A DNA stretch of 64,000 bases from Chryseolinea sp. (GCA_049840655.1 JASGJX010000049.1:143570-207569), one strand, 5' to 3'; shown: positions 19,766 to 31,112, counted from the first letter of the stretch. Numbers and translations: made by a program. Notes: generated from the letters alone by a model not told the origin.

Positions 19766-19999
19766 TTACTTGCTTTTCTTTGGCTTATCATCCTTGTCGC
19801 CCTTCTTCATATCCTCATAGTCATCACGCTCAGCCAGCTTCTTGTCGTCGACGTTCTTGTCGAGAAACTGATTCAGCTTTTCGATATCCATGTTCGCCTT
19901 GATCTCACCAAACTGATCAATCGTAATATCGAGTCCCTGCAAATCCTTGTGGACTTTCGGTTGGGGCTTCGTCTCGGATTTCTTGGTCTTCTTTGTCAT
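19766..19999 (-). CDS. Small hypothetical protein
   Basis: Charged 77-aa ORF directly downstream of gltX (KVHKDLQGLDITIDQFGEI..FLDKNVDDKKL). Confidence 0.75.
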   Translation of the reverse strand: MTKKTKKSETKPQPKVHKDLQGLDITIDQFGEIKANMDIEKLNQFLDKNVDDKKLAERDDYEDMKKGDKDDKPKKSK

Positions 20000-20044
20000 A
20001 AGTGGTTTGTTTACTTCCGATCCCTTGCCATGCGAATTATTTTA

Positions 20045-21580
20045 TCAGGCAACCTTCAGCTTCAGATGCTCAATAGCATAAGCAATTCGGGCCGCCACTT
20101 CTTCCTTGCCGATTACTTCCATGATCACCATCAGGTCAGGACCTCCTCCCATGCCCGTTATCGACAAGCGCAGCGCCTGAAGTATCTTACCAGTGCCAAT
20201 GCCAAGCTCCTGCGTAACGTGCTCCAGAGTTGCTTTGAATACATTGGCATCTGGTGACTGCAGCGCCAATACAGCCTCGCGGAATTTCACCAATACTTTT
20301 ACGGCATCCTCGTTCCATTTCTTCGAAGCGACCGATTCATCGAATGTAGTTGGAGCAAAGAAGAAGAACTTGCCCTGTTCCCAAAAATCTTTCGGAAACA
20401 CAACACGTTCTTTCATCACACCAACAATCTTAAGAGCCTTTTCCGTATCGCACTTTATTCCCTCCTGGGTAAGCGATGCCATCAGATAAGCCGCGAGATC
20501 ATCGTTAGATCTTGCTCTAAGATATTGCTGATTGAACCACTGTGCTTTGTGTATATCAAATTTTGTTCCGGCCTTACCAATCCTTTCAATCGTAAAAGCA
20601 TCGATGAGCTCCTGCATAGAGAACAACTCTTGCGTAGTGCCGGGGTTCCATCCCAGAAAGGCAAGGAAGTTCACCAGCGCATCGGGCAAATAGCCCGCCT
20701 CACGGAAGCCCGTTGCCTTTTCCCCCGTGTTAGGATCAACCCAGTCGAGAGGGAATATGGGAAAGCCCATCTGATCTGCATCACGCTTGCTCAGCTTGCC
20801 ATCTCCGGTTGGCTTCAACAAAAGAGGCAGGTGGGCAAACTGCGGCATGTCTGCTTCCCATCCGAGAAACTTATAGAGCAGAACGTGTAGGGGTGCCGAT
20901 GGAAGCCATTCCTCGCCGCGAATCACGTGCGTTATCTTCATGAGATAATCATCCACAACGTTAGCGAGGTGATACGTGGGCATGCCGTCGCTTTTCATCA
21001 ACACCTTGTCGTCGATCTGCGACGAATGAACCATCACCCACCCACGAATAAGGTCGTTCAATCTTACCTCTTCCTTTCGTGGAACCTTCAAACGGATAAC
21101 GTAAGGCACGCCATCTGCGAGAAGCGCTTTTACTTCTTCTTCGGTAAGCGTCACAGAGTTTCTCATCTGTGTCCGCGTAATGCTATTGTACTGTAGTAAT
21201 GTAGCGCCCGCCGCTTTCAGACGCTCGCGCATTGCCTCAAGTTCTTCTTCGGTATCGAATGCGTAATAAGCATGTCCGTCGGCAACAAGCTTTTGCGCGT
21301 ACTCCATGTATAACGGCTTGCGCTCCGATTGCCTGTACGGTGCATGAGGTCCACCCACGCCAAGTCCTTCGTCTATTTCGATTCCAACCCACTTCAACGC
21401 CTGAACAATGTACTCTTCCGCTCCCGGCACGTAACGGTTCTGATCCGTGTCTTCAATACGAAGCAGCATCTTTCCACCGTGTTTGCGCGCCAGCAGATAG
21501 TTATACAGCGCCGTTCTAACTCCTCCAATATGGAGTGCGCCTGTGGGACTGGGTGCAAATCTTACGCGAACTTCTCTCAT
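20045..21580 (-). CDS. gltX: Glutamate--tRNA ligase
   Basis: RFAPSPTGALHIGG (HIGH) and KLSKR (KMSKS) motifs. Confidence 0.97.
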   Translation of the reverse strand: MREVRVRFAPSPTGALHIGGVRTALYNYLLARKHGGKMLLRIEDTDQNRYVPGAEEYIVQALKWVGIEIDEGLGVGGPHAPYRQSERKPLYMEYAQKLVADGHAYYAFDTEEELEAMRERLKAAGATLLQYNSITRTQMRNSVTLTEEEVKALLADGVPYVIRLKVPRKEEVRLNDLIRGWVMVHSSQIDDKVLMKSDGMPTYHLANVVDDYLMKITHVIRGEEWLPSAPLHVLLYKFLGWEADMPQFAHLPLLLKPTGDGKLSKRDADQMGFPIFPLDWVDPNTGEKATGFREAGYLPDALVNFLAFLGWNPGTTQELFSMQELIDAFTIERIGKAGTKFDIHKAQWFNQQYLRARSNDDLAAYLMASLTQEGIKCDTEKALKIVGVMKERVVFPKDFWEQGKFFFFAPTTFDESVASKKWNEDAVKVLVKFREAVLALQSPDANVFKATLEHVTQELGIGTGKILQALRLSITGMGGGPDLMVIMEVIGKEEVAARIAYAIEHLKLKVA

Positions 21581-21604
21581 TCCTCAAATTCCTGTTTTGG
21601 ACTG

Positions 21605-21654
21605 CAAAGGTAAAGTGAATTTTTAGATGCATCCCCTAATTAGTCCTATTTTTG
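21605..21654. promoter_or_regulatory. Divergent -7 boxes for gltX and ypdA
   Basis: TACCTTTG (-, 21605-21612) and TATTTTTG (+, 21647-21654). Confidence 0.55.
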
Positions 21655-21690
21655 AGATGATTGAAGGTGCACACAACGGCCTGAAACTGA

Positions 21691-22674
21691 ATGGAAAGCA
21701 AATTGGACTATGATGTCATTATCGTGGGCGGAGGACCTATCGGACTCGCCTGCGGAATCGAAGCGCGAAAGGCCGGACTTAGCTATGTCATCCTGGAAAA
21801 AGGATGCCTCGTGAATTCTCTTTATCACTATCCACTGAACATGACTTTCTTCTCCACGTCCGAACGACTGGAGATAGGAAACGTTCCGTTCATTTCTCAC
21901 GGACCAAAACCGAATCGGGTAGAATCACTGGAATACTATCGCCGCGTTTGTCAGTCGTGGGAACTCAACATTCGACTCTACGAAAAAGTGGAGGCAATTC
22001 GTCATGGCAACGGCAAACATGAAGTGATTACCACGAAAGGAAAGTACTCAGCACCCAATGTCATATTAGCGCTGGGCTTCTACGATTTGCCCTACCTGTT
22101 GAACGTACCTGGGGAAACTCTTCCTAAAGTGCTTCACTATTACGACGAGCCGCATCCATATTTCAAGCAACGTGTGGTTGTAGTGGGTGCGTCCAACTCT
22201 GCAGTCGATGTTGCTCTGGAAACATTTCGAAAAGGCGCAGAAGTAACGATGGTTGTTCGCGACGAAACAATCGGCGAAAGCGTAAAGTATTGGGTGCGAC
22301 CCGACATCGAAAACCGAATCAAGGAATCATCTATTAAAGCATATTTCAACTCCCGCATAACGAGGATCACGGAAACAACTGTTGAAATCGTCACACCGAA
22401 TGGGCCGCTCGTTCTCGACAATGATTTTGTGCTGGCCATGACGGGTTATCAGCCTCCATTTGAATTTCTCTCAGAATGTGGAATCACCTTTCACGATGAT
22501 GCATTTCACACGCCGGTCTACAATGAAGAGAACATGGAGTCAAACGTTCCTGGAATATTTCTCGCTGGCGTTGTGTGCGGAGGGCTGAAGACGAATAAGT
22601 GGTTCATTGAGAATTCACGCGTGCATGCCAATCAGATTATTGATCATCTTTTGCTTGTTAAACAAGCACGTTGA
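21691..22674 (+). CDS. ypdA: YpdA-family putative bacillithiol disulfide reductase
   Basis: GGGPIGLA, FFSTSERLEIG, YWVRPDIENRI, WFIENSRVH. Confidence 0.9.
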   Translation: MESKLDYDVIIVGGGPIGLACGIEARKAGLSYVILEKGCLVNSLYHYPLNMTFFSTSERLEIGNVPFISHGPKPNRVESLEYYRRVCQSWELNIRLYEKVEAIRHGNGKHEVITTKGKYSAPNVILALGFYDLPYLLNVPGETLPKVLHYYDEPHPYFKQRVVVVGASNSAVDVALETFRKGAEVTMVVRDETIGESVKYWVRPDIENRIKESSIKAYFNSRITRITETTVEIVTPNGPLVLDNDFVLAMTGYQPPFEFLSECGITFHDDAFHTPVYNEENMESNVPGIFLAGVVCGGLKTNKWFIENSRVHANQIIDHLLLVKQAR

Positions 22675-22934
22675 GTACAGTCCTGAGTCCTTAGTTCGGT
22701 TATAGTCGAAAGTACGGGAAGTAATGGTTGATCAACTTTTTCTTGTTAAGCAAGCGGGAAATAAAAGTCCGGGAGTGTTGGTTGCCAGAGGCGAACGCAT
22801 TAATAACAAACTCTGATCATTGAGTGTGATCACAATCGGATGATTGGAGTGCTCGACCTGACGTGATTGGACTTGCAACTCCTATTAATACTATCAGACT
22901 AAGGACCAAACTCAGGACTAACTACTCACGACTA
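22673..22934. repeat. Facing GAGTCCT-type heptamer arrays at ypdA and fructosamine kinase stops, with a diverged copy of the ypdA 3' end between them
   Basis: CAGTCCT GAGTCCT TAGTTCG (22678-22698) versus CAAACTC AGGACTA ACTACTC ACGACTA (22907-22934). Confidence 0.6.
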
Positions 22935-23811
22935 ACTTATCTAGTTCGGATTGGATCGGGCCCACATAAGTTGCTCCAAATAGCAACAGATGTACGAGTA
23001 GCGGATAAAGATTATAGATCTCGAATCTCTCCCGGTACCCTGGTAACAACGGATACTCTTCATGATACGCGTCGTAAAACGACCGGTCGAAATCTCCGAA
23101 CAGTTTGGTCATAGCAAGATCCACTTCCCGGTGACCGTAGTAAACCGCGGGATCGATAAGACACGGCGCTCCCAATGAATTCACGATTACATTTCCCTGC
23201 CACAGATCTCCGTGCACAAGCGATGCTGCTTCTTCCGGCAGAAGGGAATCAAATCTTTTGAACAGCAATTCGAAATTGTCTCGCCACGTTGATGGTGCCA
23301 TTTTCTTTTGAATGGCGATCTCAAGAAGTGGCCTCAAACGTCGGGACACAAAGAACTCCCGCCACGAAGAAAGTGGTTCATTGGATTGAGGCAGAGATCC
23401 AATGTAGTTGTTGTGATCAAGGCCATACTGCGACTGATGTGTTCGATGTAGCTTGGCAAGTTGGTGACCGAGTACCTTCCAATAGTCGCTCCGCCGGTTC
23501 TCCGCTTCTACGTTTTCAAGCATCAGATATTGATACTTGCCCGCATGTCCTGTCGCTATAACTTCCGGAACGTGTATCGCCCGCGTTGTGCGCAGAAGCT
23601 GCAATCCATGAGCTTCACTTTCAAACATTCCCCGGAGGCGGGACGTTTCATTCCACTTCAGAAAATAATCTCCGTTAGTGGTGTGAACAGTGCCTCCGTG
23701 ATTGATGCATCCACCATGAGCTGCTGTAAAACCTGTGATCGCCCCTGGTGCGGCGCGACTAATGATCGTCGTTATTGCTTCAGCAAGCGCTATGGGAATG
23801 GGATGCATCAT
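22918..23811 (-). CDS. Fructosamine kinase family protein
   Basis: GGCIN, LVHGDLWQGN, IDPAVYYGHREVDLA, YNLYPLLVH. Confidence 0.93.
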   Translation of the reverse strand: MMHPIPIALAEAITTIISRAAPGAITGFTAAHGGCINHGGTVHTTNGDYFLKWNETSRLRGMFESEAHGLQLLRTTRAIHVPEVIATGHAGKYQYLMLENVEAENRRSDYWKVLGHQLAKLHRTHQSQYGLDHNNYIGSLPQSNEPLSSWREFFVSRRLRPLLEIAIQKKMAPSTWRDNFELLFKRFDSLLPEEAASLVHGDLWQGNVIVNSLGAPCLIDPAVYYGHREVDLAMTKLFGDFDRSFYDAYHEEYPLLPGYRERFEIYNLYPLLVHLLLFGATYVGPIQSELDKLVVSS

Positions 23812-23815
23812 TCAT

Positions 23816-25891
23816 TTACTTCCATGTTGGTCGAAGAGTGATGCCGGCGTAATAGTTTCGGGGCGCAGCTGCATTGTAGTAGCGTCCTCCAATAGCATTC
23901 AGGTCGTTACCGAGACTGTACTTTCTGTCAAGCGCGTTGTCTATGCCGGTGAATACTTCAAAAGGGACGTGCTTTCCGAAGTTACCTTTAAAGCCGATTC
24001 GCCCTCCTACAAGCACGTATTCGTCGGCATAGTCAGTGTTAGCATCGTTCAACGGAATGGCGTCAACATACGCTACGGTAGCATTTGCGTAGAAGCGCCA
24101 GATGGTGGCGTCCAGTCCCAGCGTTGCAACAGTCGGAGCAACACCAGTGAGGCGATTGCCCGAATAGTTCACACCATCCTGTACATAGTCCGTAAACCTG
24201 AAGTGACTGTAGGCATAGCTGACCCACGCATTGAATTGTGAGAACGTACGTCCCTTCCTTGTTTCATTCCAGTTCAACCGCGCCTCGATACCGCGTTGAT
24301 CAGTCTTACCAGCATTAACAAAGTACTCGGCCCCATCTTCGTCACGTTGGATAACGATGGTTTCATCCAGTTTAAAGATGAAGAAAGCTGCATCATACGA
24401 GAGATGATGATTCAGCACTGAACCCCGAAGTCCTGTCTCGTAGTTAAGACCATGTTCGGGATTAAGCAAATTGTTATAAGTTCCTGTTGAGGGACGTACC
24501 TCAGCAAGCGACGGCGGGCTGAAGCCACTGCTAACACTGGCATACACAGATAGATCTTCACCAAATTTCTTAAGTAATGCTACCCGTGGTGATAGCTGAG
24601 GCGTGAAACTGCGATGCTGCTCTATCTCCGGTGACACAGACTTGGCAAGGAAATCATAAGTAAGTTTATTGTAGCTCAGCCCGAGCGTTAGAAAAAGTCT
24701 GCAGGCAACTCTAAATCAGCCTGGGCGAAAAGCAATAATTGCTTGGAGCGAAGTTCATCGTCTGACTGCAGAGCTTCCTGGCGATCCGCCATCATTAGCC
24801 GACACCTTCACCGGTGAGAAGAAGTATTGATATTCTGCACCCATCGTGATCTTGCCCTTCAATCGACCCGGCAACGCGTATTGCGTTTGATGACGAATAC
24901 CCACATTGGTTTCATCACGCGATTCATAGTTCCGGATCGTTGGATTTTCGAATGCAGTCAGTGAACCATACAAGCCGGTGGTCGATGTCCACTGAGAATC
25001 CCAATCAATATCATGAGTCACACCAACATAACCGGTCTTGTTTGAAACCGCTGCGTTAGCCTGAACTGCACCAGGCTGTACCGGCGGTGAAGTTCTGGGT
25101 GGTCTTGCCTGCTGGGGATTTTCATCGTACTGTGCCTTCGTTAAACCACCAGGCGTACCGTAATAGAGGTCGGTATAAAACACCGATGCTGAAAGTGTAT
25201 TTCGCTCGTCGAGTTTTGTAGCCACATCAGCATTCAGTGCATCACGACGCATCCGCGTTTGTTCCCGATACCCGTCGGACTCATGATGAACATACCGAAC
25301 CGTTACCCTGGCATTTTCATTTCCATCTTCGTACTGCAAACGATAACGCTGATTTCCATAGCTGCCGAAAACTCCAGACACGCTGAGTGATGGATGCACG
25401 GCGCCTGAATTTCGAAGCAATAAAACGCCACCTGTTCCCGCACCATATAAACTTCCTCCAGGTCCTTTGATCACTTCGGCAGAAGTAACAGCATCAAAGT
25501 CAAACAAATTGAGATACGTATTGCCACCACCATCGGTAAGCGGCAGTCCGTTCCAATACACCTTAACGTTTCGAACTCCGAATGGCGAGCGAAGCAAACT
25601 GCCCCGCACCGAAAAACGATAACTTCCGGGAGAGCGCTCCTCCATCCGAACACCCGGAATGGTATTCATCACGGGCACAAGGGAGTTGTTGCTGAATCTT
25701 TCAAGGTCGGTCTTCCTTACAATACCAACCGCCGCGGGCACTTCGTTCAACGGGCGATCATAAGCATACCCGCGGACTACAAACTCATCAAGTACTTTGG
25801 TGCTGTCAGCAACCTTTGTCGTATCCTGACCAAAAGTTGAGACAGACAATAACGAAAGGGCAATAAGAGAGGAAATGCTTTCGAAGCGCAT
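23816..25891 (-). CDS. TonB-dependent receptor, interrupted by two compensating frameshifts (about 24776 and 24695)
   Basis: Plug motifs IPGV, SVRGS, EVIKGPGGSLYG; barrel end DNALDRKY...PRNYYAGI; bridging frame LQSDDELRSKQLLLFAQADLELPADFF. Confidence 0.88.
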
Positions 25892-26058
25892 GGTTTGGCA
25901 ATAAGGATGAAAAGATAGCCAACGATTCGGACTTGTTAACATCCCAAGTTATGATCGGCTCCAGACAACCGGGGATCGACCCACTGACGCTATTCATGGT
26001 AACGCCAAAGCAATTAAAAATGCGGGCTATCGCCAGATGTCGGCGATTGACAATCACC

Positions 26059-26085
26059 AAAAAGAAAGCCCCCATTAAGGGGGCT
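26059..26085 (-). terminator. Rho-independent terminator of metK
   Basis: AGCCCCC-TTAAT-GGGGGCT followed by TTCTTTTT on the minus strand. Confidence 0.8.
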
Positions 26086-26089
26086 CCAA

Positions 26090-26124
26090 AATTATCAATT
26101 ATCAATTGTCAATTGACAATTCTA
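26090..26124 (-). repeat. Four to five 7-mer units between metK stop and terminator
   Basis: Plus strand AATTATC AATTATC AATTGTC AATTGAC AATTCTA. Confidence 0.75.
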
Positions 26125-26127
26125 TGT

Positions 26128-27384
26128 CTACTTCAACTTAAACGCCTTCTTCACCTGCGGTACATAGTCCAACTGCTCCCATGGGAACAACGTAACTTTC
26201 ACCTTCTTCTCAGTCTTTTTGCCTGCGTTAAACACTTTCTCAACAGTCTTGGGCTCGCGGCCCATGTGACCATAAGCTGCAGTCTCCGCATAGATGGGAG
26301 TGCGCAGTTTAAAGCGCTGCTCTATAAAGTAAGGTCGCATGTCGAAGATCTTAGCAATCTTAGCAGAGATCTCACCATCGTTGAGATTCACTTTCGATGT
26401 GCCGTATGTGTTAACATAGAGTCCTACCGGGCGGGCTACACCAATCGCATAAGCAACCTGAACCAGAACCTCATCACATACACCAGCAGCTACAAGGTTC
26501 TTTGCAATGTGACGCGTAGCATAAGCTGCTGAACGGTCTACTTTAGAAGGATCTTTTCCTGAGAACGCGCCACCGCCGTGTGCACCTTTGCCACCGTAAG
26601 TGTCAACGATGATCTTGCGGCCAGTTAGACCAGTGTCACCGTGAGGACCGCCGATCACAAACTTACCAGTGGGGTTTACGTGGTAGATGATATCGTCACC
26701 GAAGAGATTCTGAACACGCTTCGGAAGCTTCTTCTTGATGCGGGGAACAACAATATTGATCACGTCTTCCTTGATTTTGGCCAACATCTTGGCATCCTTA
26801 TCGAAGTCGTCGTGTTGTGTCGAGATAACGATAGTGTCGATACGCGTAGGCTTGTTGTCGTCGGCGTATTCGATAGTCACCTGCGACTTTGCGTCAGGAC
26901 GGAGGTAGGTCATCACCTTACCTTCACGACGGATTGCAGACAATTCGCGAAGCAACAAGTGAGCGATCTCAAGCGGCAGCGGCATGTAGCTGTCGGTTTC
27001 GTTAGTAGCATAACCGAACATCATACCCTGGTCGCCAGCGCCCTGATCTTCCTTCTTGCGGCGCTCAACTCCCTGATTGATATCAGGTGACTGTTCGTGA
27101 ATCGCAGATACGATACCGCATGAGTTCGCCTCAAACATGTATTCACTTTTCGTATAGCCGATCTTGCGGATCACTTCGCGGGCAATATCCTGCACATCAA
27201 GATATGCCTCAGATTTGACCTCACCTGCCAGAACAACCTGGCCCGTAGTTACAAGCGTTTCACAGGCAACTTTAGAATTGGGGTCATAGGCAAGAAAGTA
27301 ATCAATCAAAGCATCAGATATCTGGTCAGCTACTTTGTCGGGGTGTCCTTCAGATACAGATTCTGAGGTGAATAGATACGGCAT
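26128..27384 (-). CDS. metK: S-adenosylmethionine synthetase
   Basis: [26 protein letters not shown]. Confidence 0.98.
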   Translation of the reverse strand: MPYLFTSESVSEGHPDKVADQISDALIDYFLAYDPNSKVACETLVTTGQVVLAGEVKSEAYLDVQDIAREVIRKIGYTKSEYMFEANSCGIVSAIHEQSPDINQGVERRKKEDQGAGDQGMMFGYATNETDSYMPLPLEIAHLLLRELSAIRREGKVMTYLRPDAKSQVTIEYADDNKPTRIDTIVISTQHDDFDKDAKMLAKIKEDVINIVVPRIKKKLPKRVQNLFGDDIIYHVNPTGKFVIGGPHGDTGLTGRKIIVDTYGGKGAHGGGAFSGKDPSKVDRSAAYATRHIAKNLVAAGVCDEVLVQVAYAIGVARPVGLYVNTYGTSKVNLNDGEISAKIAKIFDMRPYFIEQRFKLRTPIYAETAAYGHMGREPKTVEKVFNAGKKTEKKVKVTLFPWEQLDYVPQVKKAFKLK

Positions 27385-27421
27385 AAGTGTTATTTTTTTT
27401 GATTTAAATACTTTGGACTCG

Positions 27422-27429
27422 CAAAAGTA
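27422..27429 (-). promoter_or_regulatory. -7 box of the metK promoter
   Basis: TACTTTTG about 40 nt upstream of the ATG. Confidence 0.55.
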
Positions 27430-27572
27430 AAGGGTGGATTTGAAAAAACCTCATTTTAAATGGCTTATGCAAGCGCACATATACAATAATCTTTGATCAG
27501 TTTGTGAATTGATAGCCATTTTCACTCGATTGTGAATCACTTAGGGTATTTGTAGCGTCGATCGCTGCCGGT

Positions 27573-28283
27573 TCAAGACGCAAGCAGTGAAAATACCGCA
27601 GGTACCTTGCCGAATTTCCTCGGCTGAGTCTTCCATTTTGCTACCGTGCAGGTAAAGGTAAATTCACTTTCGGAAGTCAGGTCGCACGATACGCCTAGTA
27701 AGGTGTCACTGCGCAGGACCTGAAGCAAAGCTGTCATGGTTGCATCGGTTCGGTAAGGTGTTTCGATAAACATCTGCGTTTGATTCTGCTTTCTCGATTC
27801 CTTTTCCAATTCGCGCACAACGTTCGTCAATTCTTGCTTATCGATAGGAAGATATCCGTGAAACGCAAAGCGCTGACCATTCATTCCCGATGCCATCAAT
27901 GCCAGCAAAAGCGATGAAGGCCCGACAAGTGGCACAACGCGTATGCCATGATCGTGCGCAAACTTTACGGCCAACGATCCAGGATCCGCGATACCCGGAC
28001 AACCGGCTTCAGATACAATCCCCAGATCGTTGCCCTCAAATACAGGAGCCAGCAACGTGTGTAGCGTATTGGGATCAGTGTCTTTATTGAGAACTTCAAA
28101 TTGCAATGACTCAATGGACGGAAATAACCTGAGACTGCTAAAGTATCTCCGCGCTGTTCGAATGTCTTCGGCAAGAAAGTGTTTGATACCAGACAAGGCA
28201 GTACGCACATGCAATGGAATCACCTGCTCCTGCGTGCCGTCGGCAATAACATTGGGGATCAAATAAACTTTTCCATTGCTCAT
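27573..28283 (-). CDS. SAM-dependent methyltransferase, tetrapyrrole methylase / RsmI-like
   Basis: AEDIRTARR, SEAGCPGIADPG, GPSSLLLALMASG, FIETPYR. Confidence 0.88.
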   Translation of the reverse strand: MSNGKVYLIPNVIADGTQEQVIPLHVRTALSGIKHFLAEDIRTARRYFSSLRLFPSIESLQFEVLNKDTDPNTLHTLLAPVFEGNDLGIVSEAGCPGIADPGSLAVKFAHDHGIRVVPLVGPSSLLLALMASGMNGQRFAFHGYLPIDKQELTNVVRELEKESRKQNQTQMFIETPYRTDATMTALLQVLRSDTLLGVSCDLTSESEFTFTCTVAKWKTQPRKFGKVPAVFSLLAS

Positions 28284-28323
28284 GCCGCCGGCGATTCTGC
28301 AGATTTAGAATTAACTTTGGTGC

Positions 28324-28536
28324 ATGGGCAAGTTGTTGATAATCGTGGGAATTCTTTGCATCGTCGTCGGAGTTTTCATGACCTATGGACCCAAAATACC
28401 TTTCCTGGGTAAACTTCCAGGAGACATATCGGTAGAAAGAGAAAACTTTAAGCTCTACTTCCCGATAACTTCCAGCATCATCGTCAGCATCCTGGTTTCG
28501 CTTCTGTTGTTACTGCTCAATCGTTTTAAGAATTGA
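28324..28536 (+). CDS. DUF2905-family small membrane protein
   Basis: LGKLPGDI..FKLYFPITSSIIVS. Confidence 0.88.
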   Translation: MGKLLIIVGILCIVVGVFMTYGPKIPFLGKLPGDISVERENFKLYFPITSSIIVSILVSLLLLLLNRFKN

Positions 28537-28659
28537 AAACGCCTCCACTGTCAGTGAAGCGAACAGCTGTTAAAGCGGATCATCAAATTCCCCATGACAA
28601 CCTTATCCTCCAACTAACGTATTTTTCAGCTACAGTTATACTATCCGGCCACACGTCAC

Positions 28660-29589
28660 ATGGAGCTTACCACCAGTATGATGAATGAAAAACGGAGATC
28701 ACAATTCATTGGTGGGATCATCATCGGTGTACTTGGATCAATCTGTTTTTCAACGAAAGCGATATTTGTAAAGCTTGCCTATCGCGAAGCTCCGGTCGAT
28801 GCCATCACCCTGCTTGCTCTTCGCATGTTGATTTCATTACCGTTCTTCGTCGTATCCGCCTTGTACAGTTCTTCTAAAGGCGACAACAAGCGCTTCTCAA
28901 ACCGACAGTGGCTTTATGTTGCAGGGGTTGGATGCCTTGGATATTATGTAAGCAGCTACCTCGACTTTCAGGGATTGAAGTTTATATCTGCAGGCATCGA
29001 ACGGCTGGTGCTGTTCATTTATCCGACAATCGTTCTGTTGATTTCTGCACTTTATCTTCGCAAGCGAGTAACCCAACTTCAGTGGCTGGCAGTGGCGGCA
29101 ACTTATGCAGGCCTCCTTTTGGCATTCTATGGCGAAGCAAGGTTTCAGGATGTCAATTCAGGATTCGTATTAGGAAGCGCACTCATCTTTGGCTGTGCAA
29201 TCACTTACGCGCTATATATTGTATTCAGCGGCCAGCTTATACCATCCATTGGACCCGCGAAGTTCAACAGCTACGCCATGACCTTTGCAGCCATCGCTGT
29301 ACTGTTGCACTATTTTGTGTTTTCAACAGGTAGTCTCTTCGGTCAAACGCCGATGATATATGTTTATAGCGCGTTGATGGCAATCGTCAGCACAGTGATT
29401 CCATCTTACCTCGTTGCAGAATCGATCCGTCGCATTGGTTCGGGAAACACTGCCATCGTAGCCAGCATTGGACCTGTCTCGACCATTATCCAGGCGTATT
29501 TCTTCCTGCAGGAACCAATCCACTTAACTCAAATCCTGGGAACAATGCTGATCATCGGTGGCGTTCTCTTAATCGGTCAGAATAAATAA
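28660..29589 (+). CDS. DMT/EamA family transporter
   Basis: About 10 TM helices, two EamA repeats (ERLVLFIYP, FLQEP). Confidence 0.9.
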   Translation: MELTTSMMNEKRRSQFIGGIIIGVLGSICFSTKAIFVKLAYREAPVDAITLLALRMLISLPFFVVSALYSSSKGDNKRFSNRQWLYVAGVGCLGYYVSSYLDFQGLKFISAGIERLVLFIYPTIVLLISALYLRKRVTQLQWLAVAATYAGLLLAFYGEARFQDVNSGFVLGSALIFGCAITYALYIVFSGQLIPSIGPAKFNSYAMTFAAIAVLLHYFVFSTGSLFGQTPMIYVYSALMAIVSTVIPSYLVAESIRRIGSGNTAIVASIGPVSTIIQAYFFLQEPIHLTQILGTMLIIGGVLLIGQNK

Positions 29590-29701
29590 TTTTTCCCGTG
29601 GCGATTGAGACGGGTTTTCAGCCGCTTCAATCAAAGCGCAGCGTATAAACGATAATTGATCAGCTTTTGTGATAATTTAGGAATCAATATCGTTCGTGCA
29701 C

Positions 29702-30355
29702 ATGATTCTCAGGTTCACCACATTTCTGCTTTGCCTTACACTGCATACTTCAATGCTTGCCCAAAGCAGCGGGCTAACATTCGTGTTGTTGAATAAAAAG
29801 GCAGATGCGGCTCAGCTATCAAAAGAAGAATCGGATAAGCTGATGGAAGGCCACATGGCAAACATAAACCGACTGGCCCAGGAAAAGAAGCTTGTAGCGG
29901 CAGGTCCATTCGATGGGGGCGGAGGCATCTTCATTCTAAATACACCCTCCGTTCAGATCGCAACTGAATGGCTAGGCACGGACCCTGCCGTTAAAGCTCA
30001 TAGATGGGATATTGAGATTTATCCTTACAATCCACGGGTAGGATCCGCCTGCCTGGTGCAGGAACCTTACGAGATGGTGACGTATTCATTCGTGAGATTC
30101 AAAGTCGACATTACAAAATCAACGATCAATAGCGCCAATATCTTCTTCTCCCATGATGAATATCTTAAAGAGCTGAAGACAAAACTCACGGTCATTGCCG
30201 AAGGAACATTTGGCGATCGCGATGGTGGAGTACTCATTTTAAAAGAGGAGCCATCCATACAACTATTGGAATCAGATCCGGGTGTTCAGCAGGGGATGCT
30301 TGAACTTGACCTTAGAAAACTCTGGATAGCAAAGGGCGCGTTCTGCGAGAAATAA
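29702..30355 (+). CDS. Secreted tandem YciI-domain protein
   Basis: HMANI..AGPF..DPAV and HDEYL..GTF..DPGV repeats after a signal peptide. Confidence 0.75.
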   Translation: MILRFTTFLLCLTLHTSMLAQSSGLTFVLLNKKADAAQLSKEESDKLMEGHMANINRLAQEKKLVAAGPFDGGGGIFILNTPSVQIATEWLGTDPAVKAHRWDIEIYPYNPRVGSACLVQEPYEMVTYSFVRFKVDITKSTINSANIFFSHDEYLKELKTKLTVIAEGTFGDRDGGVLILKEEPSIQLLESDPGVQQGMLELDLRKLWIAKGAFCEK

Positions 30356-30476
30356 TAAGGGCCCAGAGATCTTACACAATAGCAACGTACATAGTAGCAA
30401 CATCAGGTCCGAAGCATATCATGTTTCCTGCGAAGCATCAGTTACTTCAGGCTAACAGTCCTTGAAGCGCCGGCCC

Positions 30477-31109
30477 TCAACCAAACAGGCTATTAACCTC
30501 CAGATCTATCCTGCTGACAATACCTGAGAAGTCATCGGTATTATCAACGAAATCAATTTTGTTCACGTCAATGATGAGCAGCTTTCCCAGCTTGTAGCTG
30601 CTGATCCATTCCTCGTATCGCGCATTGAGACTCATGAGGTAGTCGATGCGAATGGCGTATTCAAAATCGCGACCTCTCTTCTCAATCTGCTGAACCAGCT
30701 TTGGAATATCAGCTTTGAGATAGATTAACAAATCGGGTGGCTGCACGAACTGCATCATAGATTCAAATATATCGCGATAACTTTCGTAGTCGCGCTCCGA
30801 CATAAATCCGTTCTGCCGAAGATTCGCAGCAAAGATGTAAGCATCTTCGTAGATCGTCCTGTCCTGAATGGTAGGCCGCTTCGTTTCGCGGATTTGATTC
30901 ACCTGCTTGAAACGACTATTGAGAAAGAATATCTGCAGATGGAATGACCACTTAGTCATGTCCTGATAAAAGTCCCGGAGGTATGGATTGTGTTCTACCG
31001 ATTCGAACAATGCAGTCCATCCATAATGTTTGGATAACTTTTCAGCCAGGGTTGTTTTGCCCGAACCGATATTCCCGCATATCGCGATATGTTGCAACTG
31101 TTTGCTCAT
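30477..31109 (-). CDS. Deoxynucleoside kinase
   Basis: GNIGSGKTT P-loop, QDRTIYED, RGRDFE. Confidence 0.93.
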   Translation of the reverse strand: MSKQLQHIAICGNIGSGKTTLAEKLSKHYGWTALFESVEHNPYLRDFYQDMTKWSFHLQIFFLNSRFKQVNQIRETKRPTIQDRTIYEDAYIFAANLRQNGFMSERDYESYRDIFESMMQFVQPPDLLIYLKADIPKLVQQIEKRGRDFEYAIRIDYLMSLNARYEEWISSYKLGKLLIIDVNKIDFVDNTDDFSGIVSRIDLEVNSLFG

Positions 31110-31112
31110 CTT

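Noticed and set aside
25892-26058. Cobalamin or TPP riboswitch upstream of the TonB receptor
   Set aside because: No B12-box or TPP consensus found
25933-27090. Long antisense ORFs opposite metK, and similar shadow ORFs elsewhere
   Set aside because: No recognisable motifs; expected by-products of codon bias in real genes
27385-27572. SAM riboswitch upstream of metK
   Set aside because: The -7 box is only about 40 nt from the ATG and no SAM aptamer motif is visible
30403-30420. SRP RNA-like CAGGTCCGAAGCA
   Set aside because: Lacks the GGAA tetraloop/GGAAGCAG segment and the long flanking helix
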